From: a virus
Taxonomy: Duplodnaviria; Caudoviricetes
Reading direction: 5' to 3' (one strand)
DNA length: 50,085 nucleotides
IMG/VR virus record: IMGVR_UViG_3300034760_000061
Location: 1 to 50,085 of that record
Numbering within the stretch: position 1 is the first letter of the stretch; each line of letters starts with the position of its first letter. Under the pieces are notes generated by a model. It worked only from the letters and a program-made list of their open reading frames with translations. It was not told where the DNA came from and made no database searches. Both the position numbers and the translations under genes were made by a program. Shown piece by piece: positions 38,865 to 48,392 of the stretch.

Positions 38865-39133
38865 CGCGCACCGAAGCAGGTCAGGCACACCAGCGGAAAG
38901 GATGCCGATTGCAGCACGCCGGCGCTTATCCACTGGCACAAGGCGTCGCCATTCGACAGCGTGTCGCATACCGTCATCTCAGACCCACCAGAGCGCAGCA
39001 TCACCCGGTTGCCTGGCATTACCGAATGCAGGTTAGGTGGTGCGTAACACTTGACCAAGTCAGCCGCGTTGAAGGTGCCCGTAGACACCCGGTCGTTCCA
39101 CGGCTTGCCGCTGTTGTTGGGCGCCTGGTTCAT
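38861..39133 (-). CDS. DUF2158/YodC-like protein
   Basis: GNRVMLRSGGSEMTV...CQW...F...L. Confidence 0.7.
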   Translation of the reverse strand: MNQAPNNSGKPWNDRVSTGTFNAADLVKCYAPPNLHSVMPGNRVMLRSGGSEMTVCDTLSNGDALCQWISAGVLQSASFPLVCLTCFGAR

Positions 39134-39327
39134 TCGCGGCCCATCATGTGCGGCACCTGGGCGGCGACTGCTGCAACGCCCTGCCCCTGCGCGCCGTATC
39201 CCTTGGCCTGCAGGATCTGCTTGGCCTGCTCGCACTCGGCGAGGTGCTGGGCCAGGGAGTTGATCGTTGTCTCGTCCTTGGCCTCTACGGCGCGAACGAT
39301 TAGGTCGTGCCAGTGGTGCTGCTTCAT
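39130..39327 (-). CDS. hypothetical phage protein
   Basis: ATGA-coupled chain; LAECE.AK..L..KGYG. Confidence 0.6.
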   Translation of the reverse strand: MKQHHWHDLIVRAVEAKDETTINSLAQHLAECEQAKQILQAKGYGAQGQGVAAVAAQVPHMMGRE

Positions 39328-39536
39328 GGGGATGTACCTGTTGTGCGGCGCTTGCCGGGCGCCTTGTCGATATGGTCAGTCAGCGGGATAAACTCGAATC
39401 GCATACCCTTTTTGAGCCAATACTCGACGCGCTCCATGTTCGGCTCGCAGTCCAGAAGGTGGCGGAGGGCATTCAGCGTGAACAGATAGACTTGCAGCCA
39501 CCACGCGGGCCGCATCCGAATACTGCCTATTCTCAT
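39324..39536 (-). CDS. hypothetical phage protein
   Basis: MRIGSIRMRPAWWLQVYL...; ATGA-coupled. Confidence 0.5.
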   Translation of the reverse strand: MRIGSIRMRPAWWLQVYLFTLNALRHLLDCEPNMERVEYWLKKGMRFEFIPLTDHIDKAPGKRRTTGTSP

Positions 39537-39538
39537 GG

Positions 39539-39784
39539 TCAGCCCAGTAGCGTATGGCAGCGGCCACACTGATGGCGCAGCTTCATTGGGCGCTCGTCAT
39601 GAATGCCGAAGATGCCGCGCCGCTCGCCTTCCTCGGTCTGGAACCCGTAGCAGTGACCTTTGGCGCTCTGCCGCGTCTCGCGCTTGTGATACCCAAGCAG
39701 GCACTGCACGCGTCGCCAGATCGGCAGTTCGTCTGGGAACTGCGGCATACTCTCGTTGTGCCGCGTGATGTCGTCGCCGTCCAT
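39539..39784 (-). CDS. hypothetical Zn-finger-like phage protein
   Basis: CLLGYH...CGRC. Confidence 0.5.
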   Translation of the reverse strand: MDGDDITRHNESMPQFPDELPIWRRVQCLLGYHKRETRQSAKGHCYGFQTEEGERRGIFGIHDERPMKLRHQCGRCHTLLG

Positions 39785-39991
39785 ATAGGCCTTGAATGAG
39801 AAGAGCCGCGCGCGTTGGCGTCCAGCGGCGAAAGAGCGCGGGTAACGCCCTGAGGGAGATGTCTTCGGCAAACGTCACACAAGCGGCCCGCCTTAAGTGA
39901 GTCTATTGGTTAGATTTGAGACGACATCTGTCGTTAGAATGAGGAGCCTGCATCCGACCCGGACAGGAACACTTGCCCAACGAAAGAGAAA

Positions 39992-40273
39992 ATGGAACAC
40001 TGCTACGTCAAATTAAACTTCCCAAGCGATCTGGCTGAACTCGGTGTTGTCGGAGAACTGCCAGACAAACTGCCCGAACCGTATTACTGCATCCCGTGCT
40101 TCCGAGACCAAATATGCTTTCCAGGCATCCTCATCTGGCCTGACGGTTCGCCAGCAGCATTTGCTGTTGCAAACCGTCTTTTTGTAGCTGGACCAGCTGG
40201 TACTGTGCGATGCGATCTGGAGCTCGCATTGTTAGTTGATAAAGAGCTGCGGCGTTGGAAAACGGCGGAGTGA
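39992..40273 (+). CDS. hypothetical moron
   Basis: Purine-rich RBS; 93 aa; antisense to the late operon. Confidence 0.5.
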   Translation: MEHCYVKLNFPSDLAELGVVGELPDKLPEPYYCIPCFRDQICFPGILIWPDGSPAAFAVANRLFVAGPAGTVRCDLELALLVDKELRRWKTAE

Positions 40274-40548
40274 TTCGTTCACGTTGCCGCAATTTGTTCG
40301 CGTAATTTGTTAGCGTCGACTGCCCCCCCAGTTTCCAGGAATTTTCTACTATTACCTCGGGCACCAGAGCCCAAGGCGGCAGCAGTTGACCGGCCTAGTC
40401 ATTGCGGTAAGGCGCGATAGGAAACGGGAGGGCCTCAGGTTGATCGGCGCTGACATATGGCCTTACGAAATAAGGCACACATCAACGCAAAAAGCCGCTC
40501 TAGGCGGCTTTACACGGTTCGTTTAACAACTAAAGATGAGCCTACGCT

Positions 40549-41169
40549 CTATTTTTTTTCAGTAATCGCAGTAATGCCTTTAATGTTGAACCATTTCCGA
40601 TCTGGCAGAAGAGGCGATCGATATCGATTCCCACTTACATGAACAAGTGATGCCATTAAATTTCGCATGGCCACGTCTATGCCACTGTCCAGGTACGCTA
40701 TGGATGGACTACCATCAGTCGTGCAAACTACCGTAGGATGCCCAATTTTTTCAAGGTATTCATCAAACGTCTTGCGCACAACAACCATACCGTAAATACG
40801 CCACGCGTATTTTTTACCGAGATGTTTCCCAGTGCCACGATGAATAACCCGGCTGTCGGATTTCGCTGTGTTAATTGGCGCGTTCTGCGCACCTAATTGA
40901 ACAGCCACGTAATAACTTACTGCAGGATCGACGTTGTCCGCTTTGGCGGTCGCAGCCATATCAACAATGTTTGCGCCGTTTTCGACCCTATACCCTATAT
41001 TGTACCGAGCACCTTCTGACAACACTCGTTCAGCATTCCCATCAAACTGATAAAGTGTACTAGTGGACTGAGGAGTGAATTGATGACGATACTTCCCGTT
41101 TGGAAGCGATGTCAAAGTGTAACCCGTCACAATAACAACAGGCGTAGTTAGTAGGTCTCTGGATTTCAT
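40549..41169 (-). CDS. hypothetical moron
   Basis: GGAGAGG RBS; AT-rich 206 aa; followed by hairpin AAAGCCGC-CTAGA-GCGGCTTTT (40490-40510). Confidence 0.75.
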   Translation of the reverse strand: MKSRDLLTTPVVIVTGYTLTSLPNGKYRHQFTPQSTSTLYQFDGNAERVLSEGARYNIGYRVENGANIVDMAATAKADNVDPAVSYYVAVQLGAQNAPINTAKSDSRVIHRGTGKHLGKKYAWRIYGMVVVRKTFDEYLEKIGHPTVVCTTDGSPSIAYLDSGIDVAMRNLMASLVHVSGNRYRSPLLPDRKWFNIKGITAITEKK

Positions 41170-41283
41170 AGTGTCCTCTCCATATCGAGAGTCACATACT
41201 ACCGGTATTTTTGCCGTGAATTCTCATCAACATTCACAATATTTTGCTGAACTCAAAATTTTCGCTTACTCGCCCTTTAGCGC

Positions 41284-41322
41284 AAAAAAAGCCCGCTACC
41301 TTTCGGTGCGGGCTTTCTTTTT
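41284..41322. terminator. bidirectional intrinsic terminator downstream of Q
   Basis: AAAAAAAGCCCGC...GCGGGCTTTCTTTTT. Confidence 0.7.
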
Positions 41323-41385
41323 CACTCATTTCATTTCGTACAGATGAGCAAGCGTAGCACAATATAACCCGAACCCTAAAGGCGG

Positions 41386-41796
41386 TCAAGCAACTCTTTT
41401 CGTCTTATTTCGCGCAGCCTCAGCCCGGTCCTGCGCTTCGATCTCGATATCGTGCAGCGCATCCATCACCGCCAGGTGCAGCGCATGCAGCCGGTTGTAC
41501 ACCGTGACCTCACTGCAGCGCAATTCGCCGGCGATCCGCTTCACCGTCAATGAGCCGGCAAGGTAGAACCACTTCGCCACGTCGTACTGAGCCGGCGCAC
41601 TTTTTCTGATGGCAATGATAATCGTCTCGATTTCCATCGCAGCAGCCGCTTCGGTGATCGGACCAGCGCTGCCGGCGGCGTGGATCTGGACCAGACTGCA
41701 ATAATTCGATTTCGATGGATAACCCAGTCCGCCATCCTCGCGACGCTTGCACCAGGTCGACCATTCGATCAGGCGCTTGTTGATGTATTCGATCAT
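41386..41796 (-). CDS. late antiterminator Q-like protein
   Basis: I..RL.EW..W......GLGYP; C-terminal HTH IAGELRCSEVTVYNRLH..H. Confidence 0.8.
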   Translation of the reverse strand: MIEYINKRLIEWSTWCKRREDGGLGYPSKSNYCSLVQIHAAGSAGPITEAAAAMEIETIIIAIRKSAPAQYDVAKWFYLAGSLTVKRIAGELRCSEVTVYNRLHALHLAVMDALHDIEIEAQDRAEAARNKTKRVA

Positions 41797-41829
41797 TCCG
41801 TCCTCGTGTTAAATTTGCGTTGAGTGCTC

Positions 41830-42333
41830 TTACGTTCTTGACTTGGCCTTTGGTGTGGCCGTTGTTCTTGGTTTTGAATCTTGTTCCTGGTACTCGGGGG
41901 CGATTGTTATTGCGCGTGAAGCGTCGCAATATCTGTTCTGTTCTGTTCTGTTCTGTTCTAGGGCGTTACAAAACCGTTTCTGTAACGTTTCAAGTCAATT
42001 CGGCTTGGGCTTCGCGGCCGTTTTCTTTGCGGCGCGATGCCTCGCTACCCTGGCTGTACTGGTGTCGGAGATAAATTGACGCTTCTCCCAATTCAGTAGC
42101 CTCCAGTGCTCATCGATGAAGCCCTTTGCCAAGAAAACCGTCTTCGTTTCGGCCAATGCAACTGCATCTATACGCAGCGAAAACGCGATCTCAGTTTCAT
42201 GTAACGTTTCAAGGTCGTTACTGCAACGGAGGCACATCAGCATTACGTACCGGCGTTGCATGACCTCCGAGAGCATCTGCACTTTCGGGTCGTGGGCAAA
42301 CTCGGCGTACAGGCGAAGCCATGGGTTCGCCAT
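41830..42333 (-). pseudogene. phage replication initiator (replisome-organiser type), interrupted and truncated
   Basis: MANPWLRLYAEFAHDPKVQML...NWEKRQF.SD.ST.RV.RHR; in-frame TGA at 41995-41997, after which the frame continues LETLQKRFCNALEQNRTEQNRY to TAA at 41830. Confidence 0.75.
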
Positions 42334-43304
42334 TATCCTGACCTCCTTCTGACGTCGATGATCAGCCGGCAAAGCTCGACGACGCCGGCGCGCTGCAGCA
42401 GATCGTTCGCGTCTTCGCCGACGACGTCGCTCATGCAGTACGCAAGGCCGGTTTTCTTGGCGGCGCTTTCTCCTGCGAGCGAGACGTCGTTGTCAGCGAA
42501 GACGAAAGCGCGCCCCTTTTCCAGTGATGCGACATGGGCGAGGTTCCAGTCGTTGAAGCAAACCACCACTGACGCGTTTAAACGCAGCCTGCGCAGCGCT
42601 AGCTCGATGGATAGCCCAGTCGCCAGCCCCTCACAAAAAAACGTCTCCTGCGCCCTCTGATTGCCCAGTCTGAGCGCCGCACCTTTCACGCGCATCCCCC
42701 ACGCCATTTGCTTGGCCCATCGCTGCTCGTCCGCAAGCCAGTCGATCCGCTGAGTACCGACAAGCTCACTGGTCAGGAAATCGTACATGGGTACAATCAG
42801 CGTCAGCCCGCGGACTAGACCGATCGAATTGGGCAGCCCCTTCGATACCAGGTACGGATGCGTTTTGGGTTGGCACTGCGCCAAATACTTTGTGGCGGAC
42901 GCTGCGGCAGCGCGCGCGGCGCGGGTCTTGCGCACATCGCATGCAACGTCACCCTCGGGTTGGGTCTGTGAATGGGGTGCAGCTTCTGCACCCCATTGCA
43001 ATAGTCGCTCCCCCTTGACCCTAGTGATTGGCTGGACGCGATGATCTTCGGCATATCGCCACCCGTTAGCTGCGGCTTCTCGGTACAAGGTGCCGATTCG
43101 GACGTGGCCGGCAGAGCCAATGCTTCGCCACACGGCCAGGGCGGATTTTCGACAATACGATTCCGCGCTTTTGCTCCAGCTATTCCACGCGTCGAACGCA
43201 TCGTCGCCAAACTCAGACTTGAGGGCCATTGCCATGCGTACCCAAGTCGCACGCTCATTCGGCGCGATCGAATGAAGCGCGCTTGCTGCCTTCTCATGTA
43301 GCAT
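42333..43304 (-). CDS. PriCT-2 + TOPRIM primase-like protein
   Basis: W...MALK......AFD.W..WS....Y (PriCT-2); HPYL..KG; CEGLATG; FADND; DAND. Confidence 0.88.
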   Translation of the reverse strand: MLHEKAASALHSIAPNERATWVRMAMALKSEFGDDAFDAWNSWSKSAESYCRKSALAVWRSIGSAGHVRIGTLYREAAANGWRYAEDHRVQPITRVKGERLLQWGAEAAPHSQTQPEGDVACDVRKTRAARAAAASATKYLAQCQPKTHPYLVSKGLPNSIGLVRGLTLIVPMYDFLTSELVGTQRIDWLADEQRWAKQMAWGMRVKGAALRLGNQRAQETFFCEGLATGLSIELALRRLRLNASVVVCFNDWNLAHVASLEKGRAFVFADNDVSLAGESAAKKTGLAYCMSDVVGEDANDLLQRAGVVELCRLIIDVRRRSG

Positions 43305-44313
43305 GGGTTCCTCCTTCAGGACGTGTGTTCGCCGGCCCACCGATCAGGTTTAGCAAAATTTCATCACCCCCAATACGGTCCATTCGCCCCTTGTTAGCAA
43401 GGTGCCTAAACACGGCAACTGCCTCAGCCGGGTTGCGCGCACGAATGGTGGATAGTCGTAGGAAAAGAAAGTCATCACGCGCTTGCACCTCGATAGCCGG
43501 ATCGCAGCCGGTATCGAAGGCGTATCGAAGCGAGGATAGGGAGTACCAATACCCCAACTCGTGGAGGCAATCCGACAGCGTGTGCGGGAGCAGGTGTGGG
43601 TGTTGTTCGAAGGCAGAAACAACCTGTTTCAAATCCAATTTCCAATCGTGCTCGCCACGGTCAACGCCTCGCATAACATCCATGCAAAATTGCTCAGCTG
43701 GAGTTTCGACATAAATGCTGTCCCCAAATCGGGCTCGCGCCTCCCGCCGGAGAGCTGCCTTTTCTACCGCCCTTTCGCCCAATTTCGCCAGGTCCGCAAA
43801 TCCAAACGATGCGAATACGGCGCCGAAATTTCCGGGGAATGTTCTATGCAGGTAGGCCGAGTACCGCTTCTCGATCTCCTCCAATGGCGACTTCAATCGG
43901 GCCGCTGCTTGCATTGCCTTCTCGATCAGTGAGGCCTGACCGGTCCCGATGACCTCGCGCAGCCAGAGAACGGCATCTATTTCCTTATCACCAGTCACGA
44001 CCTGCTGAGGTGGCAGTTCTGGAACTGAAACCCCTGTGTTCAAACTCACCTTCATCGGGGGCAACGTGAACAGCGAGCGATGATGCAAGTTGTCACGGAA
44101 GGATCCTGAACGCGAACAGATCGTTTTCACCGTGCCCAGCGGCAGACCGGCCAACTCGGCCACTTGACGCAGAGAGTGGGTGCGGCGCAGATCAAGAACG
44201 CGCCGCTTTACCTCGTGCGAATGCTGGCGCGGGGAAGTCGCGTTTGAAACGCGAGTGTCGGACGTACTTGAAACAGGGGGATTCGCCCCCTCCAGTACGT
44301 TTTGCTCGTTCAT
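43294..44313 (-). CDS. hypothetical protein with N-terminal HTH
   Basis: HSLRQVAELAGLPLGTVKTICSR; 339 aa; coupled to neighbours. Confidence 0.75.
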   Translation of the reverse strand: MNEQNVLEGANPPVSSTSDTRVSNATSPRQHSHEVKRRVLDLRRTHSLRQVAELAGLPLGTVKTICSRSGSFRDNLHHRSLFTLPPMKVSLNTGVSVPELPPQQVVTGDKEIDAVLWLREVIGTGQASLIEKAMQAAARLKSPLEEIEKRYSAYLHRTFPGNFGAVFASFGFADLAKLGERAVEKAALRREARARFGDSIYVETPAEQFCMDVMRGVDRGEHDWKLDLKQVVSAFEQHPHLLPHTLSDCLHELGYWYSLSSLRYAFDTGCDPAIEVQARDDFLFLRLSTIRARNPAEAVAVFRHLANKGRMDRIGGDEILLNLIGGPANTRPEGGTHAT

Positions 44314-45068
44314 TTCGAAATCGCCTCCAGAGCCTCGTCGAGCATCGTAATGTGGTAGCTGTTGACGTGTCCGTAACGGCTGTCGCCGACCTGGTCAATG
44401 GTAATGCCCCGCTTCTTGCTAATCGCGGCAGCCTTACGCCCGAGCCTCGTCAACTCGAGCTTGCTCAGTTGCAGGTCGCGGTAGTTCGAATATCCCATGG
44501 CAGTAAATGACTGGACGCTTGCCACTGCAGCGATCTGGTTGCACTCGATGCGCTTGATGGCATCCGCTTGCACAGCAAGGGCTGCGGCTTGGGCGGCCTG
44601 CTCGGCCTTGATTGCGGAACTCTCGAACAACAGGGCAACCAGTGCGCGATGCTCGGGCGATAAGCTGGCCATCGGATCGAAGAGGGATGCCGGCTTTGTG
44701 AAGTACGACTTCACCAGCTGCCGCTGAACATGCCAGGCGAGATCGTCAGTGAAGGCCTTCACGATCATTGAATACCCGGTTTCAGTGAGCAGGACCAGGC
44801 CGTTCGGCGCGATCACACCCATGTCGCGGGCTTCGGACGAATTTCGTACGAAGTAATCTTCGCCCTCGATCAAGCGATTCTTGTGCTCGTTAAAATTTCG
44901 ACGAGCGGTACCGTCGGGGCGTTGATGCACTTGGTCGATCATCGCGAGCGTCATTACTCGCTGCGATTGGTGGTCGATTGGCGTCAGAGCGACCCCTTTG
45001 ATTTTCAAAGCGCAGGCGAGCAGAGCCCCTGCTGCAGGCTGCGAGCCTGCGGCTGTTTGAGTAGTCAT
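44310..45068 (-). CDS. ORF6N-domain antirepressor-like protein
   Basis: RVMTLAMIDQVHQRPDGTARRNF, EGEDYF, LLTETGY.M.VK.F.DDLAW.VQR.LV..YF. Confidence 0.88.
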   Translation of the reverse strand: MTTQTAAGSQPAAGALLACALKIKGVALTPIDHQSQRVMTLAMIDQVHQRPDGTARRNFNEHKNRLIEGEDYFVRNSSEARDMGVIAPNGLVLLTETGYSMIVKAFTDDLAWHVQRQLVKSYFTKPASLFDPMASLSPEHRALVALLFESSAIKAEQAAQAAALAVQADAIKRIECNQIAAVASVQSFTAMGYSNYRDLQLSKLELTRLGRKAAAISKKRGITIDQVGDSRYGHVNSYHITMLDEALEAISK

Positions 45069-45077
45069 GGATGTTCC

Positions 45078-45299
45078 TTAAGCGGGGTTCAGAATAGCGC
45101 GGATATCTTCGACTCGATAAAACGAGCCGCGACCGTCACCAATGCGAACCGGCTTGGGAAATCGAGGATTGGGACCTTTTTGCCCAGCAAACCAGGTGGC
45201 TTTGCAGACTGGGATAATTGCGGGAATGGGAGGGTTCGCCTTGGGGTTGCCAAGGATGTGGGAAAGTTTGAGGTATCCGTTTGCGGGAAGGTGGTTCAT
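45078..45299 (-). CDS. AlpA-family regulator/excisionase
   Basis: LP..GYL.L..ILG.....P.IP.IIPV.K.TW, FPKPVR, YRVEDI. Confidence 0.88.
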   Translation of the reverse strand: MNHLPANGYLKLSHILGNPKANPPIPAIIPVCKATWFAGQKGPNPRFPKPVRIGDGRGSFYRVEDIRAILNPA

Positions 45300-45720
45300 T
45301 CGGTAGTGCTCCTATGCAGGGCGCCTACCTGTCGCATCAGCGCAGGAAGAACGCCCAATTAAAGTAACGGCCATACGCCGTAAATTTGATCGGGTCATGT
45401 CAGGTTCCTGTACTTCGGACTACACGGAAAAGGTGACGCGGGTGATGCTGGTCGGCATTGCAGCTGATTCGCAAGCGCCAAACAAACTGTAGCACGTTTA
45501 GATAGACCGATCTAGCCCGCACGAAATATCTTTCGGCGTCAATGCTGATATGAGATTTGTTGATGCTCGTCTGCTTGTCCATTCTGGGATACTTCCATCT
45601 GTTTGAGGCCGATCAAGGCCGATGGATGAATCGTATGCTTAGGACCGCGCTAAAGAAATACGTCACGAACGGATACTATACGGTGTCGGCCGGAGACTAT
45701 ATAGCCTCCGGCCGGACGCG

Positions 45721-46599
45721 CTACCGGAGCTTTACTCCCTTTAACTTTGCATGCTTTCGAATCCAACTCGCAATAGTGCTTGGTTCGTACGTTTTACGCC
45801 CCTGTTGCTGCAACCATTGTGAAAAGTGATTGGCAGCTTTGGGGGCGCTTGAAAACTTACTTCGGGTCTCAAACCATGCGGTTGTCACTAACTCTTCGAT
45901 CTCATATTTCTCCGCGTGTTTTGCCTCGTTAAGCGCTCGCGACTTAGTTTCCTTCCTATCAAAGTCAATTACAGCACGATCATGCCCCCTCTTCAGCCGC
46001 TCAGCATAATTTACAGCCTCGACCGCCTTTAGGGCATATGCTGCCGATCCCCGAATCGCCATCATGGAAACCTCGTGCTCTATTTCAGCTTCGGTCCGAT
46101 CACCTATCGCCTCCTTAAATCGTTCCATTAATTTAGGTGGCACCCCTGGCTCGAGATCGTCCAAACTTGCATCATATATTTGGATCGCCTGAGCCAGGAG
46201 AAGCAGCGTCAAGACAGCAAATAGCTCCGACGGATGCCAACTCCCGCTAATCCAGTCGCGCAAGTCGAAGACGACCATCGGATCAATGTCACCGAATCGT
46301 TCATGTAAACTTTGCTTAAGCGCGCGGTTCTCACTTATTTGGCTCGCCTCTGTTGTGTACTCGTCATTTTCGCGACCATCCGCAACATCAAGCAGCGCTT
46401 CACCGTGATCGATATCACGCAACACTTGCTCGATCAGAAAACATACGAAAGCTGCACACTCATGGATTTGTACGGACGTTTTTGGGTCAAGAATTTCCCT
46501 GGCCCGACTCGCCACGTCAGCAAAGTACGGGAGATAATAGTTGTCGGGTATTTCATCGTTCACCGCATCAAGCGCGTCTCTGCTGCAATAGATACTCAA
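45721..46599 (-). CDS. hypothetical protein with C-terminal HTH-like tail
   Basis: AGGAG RBS before TTG at 46599; ends SAPKAA...TIASWIR; hairpin GGCCGGAG..CTCCGGCC downstream. Confidence 0.65.
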   Translation of the reverse strand: MSIYCSRDALDAVNDEIPDNYYLPYFADVASRAREILDPKTSVQIHECAAFVCFLIEQVLRDIDHGEALLDVADGRENDEYTTEASQISENRALKQSLHERFGDIDPMVVFDLRDWISGSWHPSELFAVLTLLLLAQAIQIYDASLDDLEPGVPPKLMERFKEAIGDRTEAEIEHEVSMMAIRGSAAYALKAVEAVNYAERLKRGHDRAVIDFDRKETKSRALNEAKHAEKYEIEELVTTAWFETRSKFSSAPKAANHFSQWLQQQGRKTYEPSTIASWIRKHAKLKGVKLR

Positions 46600-46648
46600 A
46601 GTGTCTCCTGAATGAAAATTGCGATTAATAAAACCATGTTGCGGTAAG

Positions 46649-46864
46649 TCATGACTCTGAAGTCTGGCGACCGATACAAGAGTAATCGCCCGTCGGTGCC
46701 AGCACGAGCCGCAAGTGCGGTGCCTGCCGTTGCGGCCATTTATCCCGATACTGCTTGGCAGTATCAAAAAGCATACTTTGTGCCCAAGGTTTCATGCCCC
46801 GATAGTCTGCCAGCAAGTTCACCTCATCGGGTGTCAGTTCGTGCGACGGCGGCCCTGTGCTCAT
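46649..46864 (-). CDS. repressor-C-terminus-like miniprotein 3
   Basis: LTPDEVNLLADYRGM...A..Y...WP...P.LRLV. Confidence 0.7.
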   Translation of the reverse strand: MSTGPPSHELTPDEVNLLADYRGMKPWAQSMLFDTAKQYRDKWPQRQAPHLRLVLAPTGDYSCIGRQTSES

Positions 46865-47046
46865 GACATCTCTCCAATTAGTTTGTCAAGATCGTCGGCC
46901 ACGTCAGCCGCCATGCTGGCGCAGGTTTGCAAGGCATCCATCTGGGTCTCAGGCGCCAGGATAGGGATCGCGGCCAGCAGCGCGCTGATCACGTTGGCAA
47001 GGCCCGCCAGGCGGCGAATAGCTACTTCGTCGACGCCGGAACTCAT
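46861..47046 (-). CDS. hypothetical protein
   Basis: ATGA-coupled on both sides. Confidence 0.6.
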   Translation of the reverse strand: MSSGVDEVAIRRLAGLANVISALLAAIPILAPETQMDALQTCASMAADVADDLDKLIGEMS

Positions 47047-47216
47047 GCGCCACCGCTTGGCATTGGGCGCGGCGCTGGCCAGTCTTCAGCCATATAAAGG
47101 GCCAGCTCCAAGATCGTTTCCCGACCCCGAGTATCCGAAAGGCAATACGCCGCCAACAGTGCGGCCTCGGGATCCAGCATCTCCCGCGGGATTTGCCGTG
47201 TGGTAGCGGCAGTCAT
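47043..47216 (-). CDS. repressor-C-terminus-like miniprotein 2
   Basis: LDPEAALLAAYCLSDTRGRETILELA...EDWP; ATGA-coupled. Confidence 0.65.
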   Translation of the reverse strand: MTAATTRQIPREMLDPEAALLAAYCLSDTRGRETILELALYMAEDWPAPRPMPSGGA

Positions 47217-47692
47217 CGCGCACGACCGGAAAAAATTTTGGCTTTGTCCACGCTGACTTCGGCCAACGGGAAGCCAGACATTACCGCATCGCGGAAATCC
47301 AGGTAGCTTTCGTTGGCTAACGCAGCCTTGGCTTCGCGGCTTGCCCAAATCTTACTGCGAAGATAGCAGGACTCGATCACGAAAACATAGTGCCCAGCCT
47401 GATCTGGATAGACAGTGCCCCGCAGCGCGCCAGGATATACGAATCGCCCCGAACTCAGCTTGGCAGAAACGCCTTTCGGGAACGTCTTGGTCGCCCGGAA
47501 CTGTTCAGCAGTTCCGCGCCATGTAATGCGATGCTGCACTTCATCATCTAAGCCAAGTTTGCGCTTGCACACTTCGATCTGTACGGACAGGCCGACGCTG
47601 GCAGCGTCGATTGATGCATAGCGTGCGGGAAGCGGCTGTGCCCACCATAACTTACCGAACATTTTGCTGTCAGCTGGGGTGAGGATGCTCAT
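47213..47692 (-). CDS. hypothetical protein
   Basis: ATGA-coupled; 159 aa. Confidence 0.7.
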   Translation of the reverse strand: MSILTPADSKMFGKLWWAQPLPARYASIDAASVGLSVQIEVCKRKLGLDDEVQHRITWRGTAEQFRATKTFPKGVSAKLSSGRFVYPGALRGTVYPDQAGHYVFVIESCYLRSKIWASREAKAALANESYLDFRDAVMSGFPLAEVSVDKAKIFSGRAR

Positions 47693-48114
47693 ACAGCACC
47701 TGCATTCTTCGCCGAACTAGCCTTGGACTCAGCTTTATTTCGCATTGGAGACGTCGCGGCCCTTCTGTCGTCCGTGTCCAGAATTGCCTGCAGATTTCCA
47801 TGCTGCTCTTGAAGAAATTGAGCCTCCACCGCGAGGTGCTTTATTAGCCCGGCAATACCTTCCAGAACGATAGTCGCCGGAGGAAAATCACTGTTGTTCG
47901 CCGCACCGAACAGCAAGTGCCCGATCGCCTCCAGACCATTCATCAAGGACCAATTGGCATTGGAGGCGTGGCTTATAGCTGCTTCGATTTGCTGACGCTC
48001 ATCGCTCGACATCACGTGTGCGGCCGGGAAATCGGCCGGCAACTTCATGATGAGATGCCCGAATTCGTATGGCGCGCGCTCGATGTGGTTGAAGTGAGGG
48101 TTCGGGGCGTTCAT
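47689..48114 (-). CDS. hypothetical helical protein
   Basis: GGAGG RBS; ATGA-coupled; GLEAIGHLL. Confidence 0.7.
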   Translation of the reverse strand: MNAPNPHFNHIERAPYEFGHLIMKLPADFPAAHVMSSDERQQIEAAISHASNANWSLMNGLEAIGHLLFGAANNSDFPPATIVLEGIAGLIKHLAVEAQFLQEQHGNLQAILDTDDRRAATSPMRNKAESKASSAKNAGAV

Positions 48115-48392
48115 GCTGCACCTCCATCGACGAGGCGCAATACTGGGCGGACGCGACGCGGAAAATTCTCAGCATATTTTTCAGACATCGACAAGCTCAA
48201 ATCCTGAAACCGATCGATCGTTCCGCGGTAGAGCAATATCAAACGCATCTCTTTTTCCGTCAGCTTTAACGGCGTCTCAGCCGCTACTGGAGTCTGACGC
48301 CGTGCTGCGCGCAGTGTTGCCGCCGCAGGCGTGACAATAAGTAAAGGTTGCATTTCGCGGAAATTCACGTTACTATCATTTTCGTTAGTCAT
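48111..48392 (-). CDS. repressor-C-terminus-like miniprotein 1
   Basis: LTEKEMRLILLYRGT...S.KY...FP...RP.LRLV. Confidence 0.7.
   Translation of the reverse strand: MTNENDSNVNFREMQPLLIVTPAAATLRAARRQTPVAAETPLKLTEKEMRLILLYRGTIDRFQDLSLSMSEKYAENFPRRVRPVLRLVDGGAA

Noticed and set aside
41933-41958. (TTCTG)n as a phase-variation tract
   Set aside because: It encodes the EQNRTEQNR linker common in phage initiators and lies downstream of the stop; no evidence of switching.
2075-41997. Stop-codon reassignment suggested by the in-frame TAG (Tae4) and TGA (rep)
   Set aside because: TAG and TGA terminate many intact genes here, including ATGA overlaps; isolated nonsense mutations are simpler.
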